Origin: a bacterium
GTDB taxonomy: Bacteria; Patescibacteriota; Minisyncoccia; Moranbacterales; UBA1568
Reading direction: 5' to 3'
DNA length: 64,000 nucleotides
NCBI GenBank assembly: GCA_021821305.1
Contig: JAKACP010000001.1
Span: 68,934 to 132,933, forward strand
Positions 57,599 to 64,000 of the stretch are shown here, one piece after another (the stretch's first letter is position 1; every line of letters begins with the position of its first letter). Under the pieces are notes generated by a model. That model made no database searches. It was not told the origin of the DNA and saw only the letters and a list, made by a program, of their open reading frames with translations. The translations under genes were made by a program, and so were the position numbers.

Positions 57599-58086
57599 GG
57601 CGATATCCGGTGCTCAATGGATACCTCCCGTTCGGTATCGGAAACCCACCGAAGGGAGACCGTATCCGTGTCCGCAGGAAGGAGCGATTCGATCTTCTCC
57701 GGCCATTCGACGAGGACGATTCCCTGGGGGTCGGCGATCCACTCCTCGAAACCGAGTCTGGCGATCTCCTCGGGATCATCGATACGATATGCGTCCATGT
57801 GGTAAACACGTCGAATGTCGGTCGCGGAAGGCGCCGCGAGACCCGCCCGCTTCCCGCCATCGACGGGAAGTGTTTCGGGCAGGTCGTATTCCTTCATGAT
57901 GACGAAGGTCGGGCTGACGTAGGGACCCTCCGCGCCGAGCGCCTCGAGGAACCCCTGGACGAACGTCGTCTTGCCGGCGCCCAAGTCGCCTTTGAGCGCG
58001 ATGACGCTTCCCGGCCTGGCGGCGCGGGCGGTGTCGGCGCCGAGCGCGCGGGTTTCCCCGGTCGAATGTGTCGTGATACTGGGCAT
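57595..58086 (-). CDS. tsaE: tRNA threonylcarbamoyladenosine biosynthesis ATPase TsaE
   Basis: GDLGAGKTTF, VSPTFVI..EY, YHMDAYR, LVEWPE. Confidence 0.96.
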   Translation of the reverse strand: MPSITTHSTGETRALGADTARAARPGSVIALKGDLGAGKTTFVQGFLEALGAEGPYVSPTFVIMKEYDLPETLPVDGGKRAGLAAPSATDIRRVYHMDAYRIDDPEEIARLGFEEWIADPQGIVLVEWPEKIESLLPADTDTVSLRWVSDTEREVSIEHRISP

Positions 58087-58232
58087 AGGCGTTTCTCCCT
58101 TCCATTGTCGGCTCTTTTGCGCTTTTTGACAATGTTTGACATCGGCGCGCCGAGGTGCTACTTTGGGCTTTCATTTGCTGTTTCCCGTATTCTGGCCGGC
58201 ATCTGGAATCTGATATTTGGAATTCCCAGGCT

Positions 58233-59378
58233 ATGTCACTCACTCCCTCCGAGCAATTCTCCGAACTTGCGAGAAAAAGCGAAAATCCGATCATCCTCCT
58301 GCCGAGCTATCCCAGCAAGGAAACGCTCGCATCGGCCTTCGCGCTCGCCGGATTCCTTTCCAAGCTCGGAAAATCGGTCACCCTCGCCGGAGACGAGCTT
58401 TCCTCGCGCGTAGGCGACCTCCCGTTCCTCGAGCTGGAGGGGTCGATACTCGATTCCCTGTCCGGGACGCACGATTTCGTGCTCGCGTTCAATACCAAAT
58501 ACAACAAGATCCTTTCCATACGGAGCGAACAGGAAGGGGAGGAGTTCCGCATCTCGCTCACGCCCGAGAAGGGATCGATCGACCCTCGTGACTTCTCCTT
58601 CATCCCGGCGCAGTTCAAATACGACGTCGCCTTCGTCGTGGGCGCACCGGACAAGGAAAGCCTGGGAAAACTCTATGAGGATCATCCCGACATCTTCTAC
58701 GAGATCCCGATCGTGAATATCGACAACAAGCCGGAGAACGAGAACTTCGGACAACTGAACATGGTCGATCTGACCGCTTCGTGCGTCGGCGACATCCTGT
58801 TCGAGACGTTTTCCGCGATCGACGCGAAGGCGATCGACGAGAGGGTGGCCGAAGCGCTCCTCACCGCCATCATCGCCGCCACCGACAGCTTCCAGCGGAA
58901 AAACACCACCCCGAAGGCGCTCCAGACCGCGTCGAAGCTGATCGAACTCGGTGCGGACCGCGAGAAGATCGTACTTTCGCTCTACAAGACCCAGCCCCTG
59001 CACCTGCTCAAGCTCTGGGGGCGGCTCATGTCGAACCTGAAATGGGAGGAATCGCTCCGTCTCGCGTACGTGTCGGCGAGCATCGAGGATTTCGTGCAGA
59101 GCCGGTCGGACATCCGGGATATCCCGGCCGTGCTCGACAAGATCCGCGGCAACCTCTCTTCCGGCGCGTTCTTCGTCGTCCTCTCGCCGGAAACCGACGG
59201 CACCTCGCGCGCGATACTCAAGGCATCGAACAACGGGAAGGTCATATCCTTGGCGGAATCCATCGACGGGGCCCAGCTCCACGGCGACACCGTATCGTTT
59301 CCCCTGCTCGCCCCAGCGGGCGAGACTGCCGAACTCATGCTCATCGAGACGATACGCGGCGCGCTGGAGGGCAAGTGA
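58233..59378 (+). CDS. DHH-family phosphoesterase-like protein with degenerate active site
   Basis: IVNIDNKPENENFGQLN in place of NIDHH; ALLTAII.ATDSF...NTTP. Confidence 0.78.
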   Translation: MSLTPSEQFSELARKSENPIILLPSYPSKETLASAFALAGFLSKLGKSVTLAGDELSSRVGDLPFLELEGSILDSLSGTHDFVLAFNTKYNKILSIRSEQEGEEFRISLTPEKGSIDPRDFSFIPAQFKYDVAFVVGAPDKESLGKLYEDHPDIFYEIPIVNIDNKPENENFGQLNMVDLTASCVGDILFETFSAIDAKAIDERVAEALLTAIIAATDSFQRKNTTPKALQTASKLIELGADREKIVLSLYKTQPLHLLKLWGRLMSNLKWEESLRLAYVSASIEDFVQSRSDIRDIPAVLDKIRGNLSSGAFFVVLSPETDGTSRAILKASNNGKVISLAESIDGAQLHGDTVSFPLLAPAGETAELMLIETIRGALEGK

Positions 59379-59456
59379 GTTTAACTGAAATCGTTTTTGC
59401 GGTACAATGGGGGCGATAGCCCCTATTTTTCTTCGTCAAAACAGAAACGAAATCTT

Positions 59457-62400
59457 ATGGTCAAAGTCATTCAACAATCATCCCGCGACTGGCTCGAGGA
59501 GAAGGCGGAGAAAACCAAGGCGGTGCTCGGACAGATGGAGTCGCAGTCGAAGGAAGAATTGGCCGCCAGGCTCGCGGCGAGTCTCGATCTCCCGTATATC
59601 GACCTCCAGATCTTCCCGCCCAACGCCGCCGATGTCGCGCTCGTTCCCGAAGAGGTCGCCCGGAAACATCGGCTGGCGATTTTCGAAAAGGTCGGCGACA
59701 GGATACGGGTGGCGTTCGCCGACCCGGAGGATACAGAAGCGGACGCCTTCATCGGCGCGTTCGCAGGGGAAAACCGCCTGAAGCCGGAAAAATACGTCGC
59801 CTCGAACCAATCGCTCGAGCGGGTGTGGCTCCTCTATAGGACCGCTCCGGTGCTCGAGAATCTCGATCTCTGGCGGGTATCGCTCGAAGGCGACGACCTC
59901 AAGAAATTCGAGGAGGATTTCGGTGAGCTCCTGAAATTGAAGGAAGCGTCCGATATCCCCGTGTCCCGGACGATCGAGATCATCATGGCCGGCGCGAACA
60001 AGCTCCGCGCGAGCGACATCCATATCGAGCCCGGAGACGGCACGGTCCGTCTCCGTTACCGTATCGACGGCATGCTCCAGGACATCGGCACGCTCTCGCA
60101 GGATGTCTACCGGCTGACGCTCTCGCGCATCAAGATGCTCGCGCACATGAAGATCAATATCCGCGACCGGGCGCAGGACGGCCATTTCGGCATCGAGCTC
60201 GACGGGGAAAAGGTCGACCTGCGCGTGAACATCATCCCGGGCAACCACGGGGAGAACATCAACATGCGTATCCTGAACGCTGGCAGTGTCCTCCTCGATA
60301 TCGAGTCACTCGGTATCCGCGGCGAGACCCGGGAAAAGATCCTGCGCGAGCTGCACAAACCGCACGGCATGATACTCAACACCGGTCCCACGGGATCCGG
60401 TAAGACGACCACGCTCTACAGTCTGCTCAACATCATCAACAAGTCGGACGTGAAGATCATCACCATCGAGGACCCGATCGAGTACCAGATACCCGGCATC
60501 GTCCAGACGGAAGTGTCCAAGGACAAGAGCTACACCTTCGGCTCCGCGCTCCGGGCGGTGGTCCGACAGGACCCGGACGTCGTCCTCGTCGGCGAGATCC
60601 GGGACGAGGAGACCGCCGATGTGGCCGTCAACGCCGCGATGACCGGACATCTCCTTCTCTCGACCATACACGCCAACACGGCCCCCGGTGCCATCCCTCG
60701 TCTCCTCGAAATGGGTATCCGCCCGTCGCTCATCGCCTCATCGATCAACATCGTGATCGGACAGCGGCTCGTCCGACGGCTCTGCGAGCACTGCAAGGAA
60801 TCCTACGTCCCCGCCGAGGAGACGGTCCGGAACCTCAAGCGGCTCCTCTCGATCATCTCGCCGAAAGCGGATATCGCCATGCCTGAAACGGTAGACCGGC
60901 TCTGGAGAGCCAAGGGCTGCGCACAATGCAATTTCAGCGGATACCACGGCCGCATCGGCATCTACGAGGTGTTCTCCATCACCAAACGCATCGAGAGCAT
61001 CATCCTCGACCTCGGAACGGAAAAGGACGTCGCCAAGGCCGCCATCGAGGACGGCATGGTCACCATGCTGCAAGACGGCATACTGAAGTCCGTCGAGGGC
61101 CTCACGACCATGGACGAAGTCTGGCGCGCCACCGGTCAGGAGGAATTCCTCGAGGAATTCTATCGGGACGTCACCCACTCGACGCTCTCGTCGACTTCCG
61201 CGGTCGATGCCGCGTTTTCCGGAAAAGCGGCGGAGGTGGCCGGGGACCCGGCCGCGTTTTCCGCCCTCATCGGATCCGTACCGCCGGAAAACATATTCGA
61301 GACGCTGCTTTCGGGAGCGGTCGCGATGAAGGCGACCGACATACAGCTCGAACCGAACGAGCGTTCGGTCTCGGTCCGGTTCCGCAAGAACGGCATCCTC
61401 GAATCGGTCGGTGAGATCAGAAGCGAGCATCTCCAACCGGCGATATCCGAGATCAAGCTCCTCGCCGGAATGGAATCGGGAAGCCGGCCCGGAGTGCAGG
61501 AAGGGCGCTTCTCGAGCACGATCGGAAACGCCGAAGGCGAGGCGCGCGAGATCGATGTCCGCGTCGCCATCGTGCTCGGCGGATACGGCGAGACCGTCAT
61601 GATCAAGATCATGGCGGAAGAAAAGGAGATCCGCCTCGAGAACCTCGGACTCCGCAAGGAACACCTCGAAAAGATACTCTCGTTCTGCAAGCGCTCATAC
61701 GGCATGTTCATCGCCTCCGGCCCTGACGGCTCCGGCAAGACGACGCTCCTCTACAATCTGCTCCGGTCGCTCCATTCGCCGGAGACCAAGATCGTGACCG
61801 TCGAGGATCCCATCGAGCGCCGCATGCCGGGGATCCTCCAGACGCAGGTGGACGAAGCCCGGGAGTATTCCTTTCCGGAGGCGATCACATCCCTCCTCCG
61901 ACAGGGACCGAACATCCTCCTCGCAAGCGAAATCCGCAATGCCGAGACGGCCCAATCCCTCGCCGAAGCGGCGCTGACCGGGCACCTGACCTTCTCGAGC
62001 ATGCAGGGCAACAGCGCCTCGCTTGCCGCGACGCGCCTCTCCGGATTCGGCATCCGCGGCGAAGATTTCGCCAATGCGGGCATGACGATCGCCGGCGTCC
62101 GGCTCGTCCGGAAACTCTGCGAATCCTGTAAGGAAAAAATCACGCCGGACGGAAAAGCCGAGGCACTCATCGGAAAGGTCCTTTCCGGCATATCCCCGGC
62201 ATCGGGCGTCAGGATCCCGAAGAAATATTCCATCTACGCAAGCAAAGGATGCGAGCAGTGCGGAGGATCCGGATTCTCGGGGCAGATCATGCTCTCGGAG
62301 ATACTCCCGGTGACGCCGGGTATCGCCGAAATACTCGCCACCTCCCCGATAGCCACGACGGTGGAGGGGAAGGCCAAGGAAGAAGGCATGCTCACGCTCA

Positions 62401-62474
62401 CCGAAGACGGCATACTCGCGGCCCTCGAGGGCGCCACGACGCTCTCCGAGGTGGAGCGGGTCACGGAAGAATAG
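59457..62474 (+). CDS. GspE/PilB-family secretion ATPase with two tandem ATPase domains
   Basis: Domain 1: GPTGSGKT, IEDPIEY, RQDPDVVLVGEIRD, TGH..STIH. Domain 2: GPDGSGKT, VEDPIE, RQGPNILLASEIRN, TGH..SSMQ. Both have Cys pairs. Confidence 0.93.
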   Translation: MVKVIQQSSRDWLEEKAEKTKAVLGQMESQSKEELAARLAASLDLPYIDLQIFPPNAADVALVPEEVARKHRLAIFEKVGDRIRVAFADPEDTEADAFIGAFAGENRLKPEKYVASNQSLERVWLLYRTAPVLENLDLWRVSLEGDDLKKFEEDFGELLKLKEASDIPVSRTIEIIMAGANKLRASDIHIEPGDGTVRLRYRIDGMLQDIGTLSQDVYRLTLSRIKMLAHMKINIRDRAQDGHFGIELDGEKVDLRVNIIPGNHGENINMRILNAGSVLLDIESLGIRGETREKILRELHKPHGMILNTGPTGSGKTTTLYSLLNIINKSDVKIITIEDPIEYQIPGIVQTEVSKDKSYTFGSALRAVVRQDPDVVLVGEIRDEETADVAVNAAMTGHLLLSTIHANTAPGAIPRLLEMGIRPSLIASSINIVIGQRLVRRLCEHCKESYVPAEETVRNLKRLLSIISPKADIAMPETVDRLWRAKGCAQCNFSGYHGRIGIYEVFSITKRIESIILDLGTEKDVAKAAIEDGMVTMLQDGILKSVEGLTTMDEVWRATGQEEFLEEFYRDVTHSTLSSTSAVDAAFSGKAAEVAGDPAAFSALIGSVPPENIFETLLSGAVAMKATDIQLEPNERSVSVRFRKNGILESVGEIRSEHLQPAISEIKLLAGMESGSRPGVQEGRFSSTIGNAEGEAREIDVRVAIVLGGYGETVMIKIMAEEKEIRLENLGLRKEHLEKILSFCKRSYGMFIASGPDGSGKTTLLYNLLRSLHSPETKIVTVEDPIERRMPGILQTQVDEAREYSFPEAITSLLRQGPNILLASEIRNAETAQSLAEAALTGHLTFSSMQGNSASLAATRLSGFGIRGEDFANAGMTIAGVRLVRKLCESCKEKITPDGKAEALIGKVLSGISPASGVRIPKKYSIYASKGCEQCGGSGFSGQIMLSEILPVTPGIAEILATSPIATTVEGKAKEEGMLTLTEDGILAALEGATTLSEVERVTEE

Positions 62475-62490
62475 ACGTCGTCCGAAAACG

Positions 62491-62517
62491 AAAACCCCGG
62501 GATGTCCCGGGGTTTTT
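62491..62517. terminator. Bidirectional terminator between the PilB-like and SET genes
   Basis: AAAACCCCGGGA-TG-TCCCGGGGTTTTT. Confidence 0.8.
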
Positions 62518-62912
62518 CATTCGTGGCAACGGATGCATCGGCATCCTTTCGGTTCTATGTATTCCCGGAAATATTCCTCGCCATAGTCGTAGGCGAGCTC
62601 CTCCCCCTCCGAGATCTTCCGCTTGGCGACGATGAATATACGTCCCTCGTCGTTCACGGCTTCGCAGTTGGGCTTGCAGGAATGGTTGATATACCGCGCC
62701 GTGTTCCAGCGAGGGCTCCCGTCGATATCCCATTCGTGATCGACGCGGAAGATATAGAGATTGTCGCGTCCGTGCGATCCGCGGACCCGTTCACCGACAT
62801 ATTCGATGACCGTCTCGCCGCGCGAGAAGTCCCGCGCCGCGTAGAGTCCGAGTCCGGCCCTCGATCGGCGGACCATGACGTCGTTCGTCCGTTCGGAGTT
62901 CTTTTTGGCCAT
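62517..62912 (-). CDS. SET-domain protein-lysine methyltransferase
   Basis: GLGLYA, IEYVGE, ARYINHSCKPNC, EELAYDYG, post-SET CRCIRC; promoter TGGACA-17-TATCAT at 62965..62937. Confidence 0.93.
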   Translation of the reverse strand: MAKKNSERTNDVMVRRSRAGLGLYAARDFSRGETVIEYVGERVRGSHGRDNLYIFRVDHEWDIDGSPRWNTARYINHSCKPNCEAVNDEGRIFIVAKRKISEGEELAYDYGEEYFREYIEPKGCRCIRCHE

Positions 62913-62994
62913 ATGGTTTTCATCCAACAATTTCCGATGATACGTGATTTTCGTGAGTCTGTCCACGTATCCCGCGCGGAAAGGCTCCGAAAAA

Positions 62995-63293
62995 TGAAAA
63001 GGGACTCCCAAGGAGGGAGTCCCTTCGTCTCAAAGAACCGTTCAGCTGCAGGCAATCCGAAACATCGAGGACGTTTCGGGAAGGAGCAGTGTCGAGGTGA
63101 AGGAGAGCCGAAACCCCCCAACCCATATCTGGACGTCTCGCACTTACCGATACCCGCGGAAAACCGCGAGGAACGGAAAGTGCGAGGAAAAGCTCCCGGT
63201 CTTGAGGACAAAAGATAGTAATCCCCAATCTGCCTGCAGGTGAACGATTCCTTTTCCGATTCTCTAAAAAAACCGCGCGCTTTCTCACGCGAC
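62995..63293 (-). ncRNA. Stand-alone structured RNA, 6S-like candidate or unassigned
   Basis: Promoter TTGACA-17-TAAGAT (63327..63299); 20-bp closing stem (63250 with 63035) and three inner hairpins with G-U pairs on the minus strand; terminator 63025..62995; no credible ORF. Confidence 0.7.
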
Positions 63294-63397
63294 CCGACAT
63301 CTTAGCACGACTTGGTATTTCTGTCAAGAAGTGGTAGAATGACGAGGTACCGAAGCGGCCGAAAGCCCGCACGAAATCACCGGAAATGGCTTGAATA

Positions 63398-63583
63398 AGA
63401 GCCTGTTCAATATCTCATGTCGGATCAAAGTTTCAGAATTTCAAGCGAAAATCATGCATCGTGAGAAGGCCTATCGTGATACGCCGACGAGCGATAAATG
63501 ATTTGCAGCCGAAATTCTGAAAGTTTGGCCGACAAGCGAAGATTTTCTCTTTATTCAGGGCGGTGAGATATTGAACAAGCTCT
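63398..63583 (+). repeat. Dispersed structured element, copy C (186 bp)
   Basis: Terminal inverted repeat AGAGCCTGTTCAATATCTCA/TGAGATATTGAACAAGCTCT; shared internal motifs. Confidence 0.85.
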
Positions 63584-63593
63584 AAAAGAATAT

Positions 63594-64000
63594 ATGATGA
63601 CCTCTCCGGAAAATGACGCCACCGAGGATATCGTGCTCGACACGACGCTCCGCCCGCAATCCTTCTCGGAATACGTGGGGCAGGAAAAGATCAAGCGGAA
63701 CCTCGGCATATTCATCGAGGCGGCGAAACGGCGCCAGGAAAGCGTCGACCACGTGCTCCTCTACGGTCCCGCGGGACTCGGCAAGACGACGCTCGCGCAC
63801 ATCATCGCCAAGGAGATGAACGTCAATATCCGGATCACGTCCGGCCCCGCCATCGAACGCGTCGGCGACCTCGGATCGATACTCACGAACCTCGAGCCGG
63901 GCGACGTGCTGTTCATCGACGAGATCCATCGGCTCAACAAGGTGATCGAGGAGGTGCTGTATCCGGCGATGGAGGACTACAAGCTCGATATCATCATCGG
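63594..64000 (+). CDS. ruvB: Holliday junction DNA helicase RuvB (3'-truncated by window edge; not in ORF track)
   Basis: Manual translation: [56 protein letters not shown]. Confidence 0.97.
   Translation, partial: MMTSPENDATEDIVLDTTLRPQSFSEYVGQEKIKRNLGIFIEAAKRRQESVDHVLLYGPAGLGKTTLAHIIAKEMNVNIRITSGPAIERVGDLGSILTNLEPGDVLFIDEIHRLNKVIEEVLYPAMEDYKLDIII

Noticed and set aside
63170-63215. GAGGAAAAGCTCC on the + strand resembling the RNase P RNA GAGGAAAGTCC motif
   Set aside because: Imperfect match, no 3' P4 partner, and wobble pairs, promoter and terminator all indicate the minus strand
1-64000. Many long overlapping ORFs in the six-frame track (e.g. 4547..6160 +, 20947..22902 -, 28830..30740 +, 44172..46268 +, 55106..56836 +)
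   Set aside because: Antisense or shifted shadows of recognisable genes, expected with GC-rich codon bias; no motifs of their own
1-64000. CRISPR array, cas genes or rRNA
   Set aside because: No regularly spaced repeats with unique spacers, no cas motifs and no rRNA signatures seen
1-64000. Stop-codon reassignment (code 25, as in Gracilibacteria and Absconditabacteria)
   Set aside because: TGA ends conserved genes (thrS, gpmI, tig, tsaE) at expected lengths

Overview
A GC-rich (about 60% by eye) chromosomal segment from a genome-reduced bacterium. Gene content points to Patescibacteria/CPR (Parcubacteria-like; inferred from the short IF2, VirB2-like pilin array, PrgI/VirB4/VirB6 cluster, degenerate DHH protein, DUF3048 and SET gene). 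Standard genetic code; all calls come from motif recognition, with no searches run. Most of the window is housekeeping: thrS, hup, rny, gpmI, clpP, tig, ppa, nusA, infB, cca, a xer recombinase, pcrA, murE, femX-like, ruvA, rpsT, holA, polA, tsaE, ruvB and five tRNAs. It also holds a five-gene pilin array, a T4SS-like operon and a PilB/GspE protein with two ATPase domains. The most notable unexplained features are: (1) an AT-richer island at 35.2-40.5 kb with a coupled operon of a CMPK2-like nucleotide kinase, a His-triad cupin and a divergent GreA, followed by a Nudix gene, which may be a modified-nucleotide defence or toxin system; (2) a stand-alone structured RNA of about 300 nt at 63.0-63.3 kb with its own promoter and terminator (6S-like or new); (3) three dispersed 185-190 bp intergenic elements whose stems covary while their loops are conserved; (4) small palindromes and heptamer repeats inserted in frame into polA and into the T-loop of a duplicated tRNA-Pro, with related palindromes beside two GIY-YIG genes. 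No CRISPR array or rRNA was seen.
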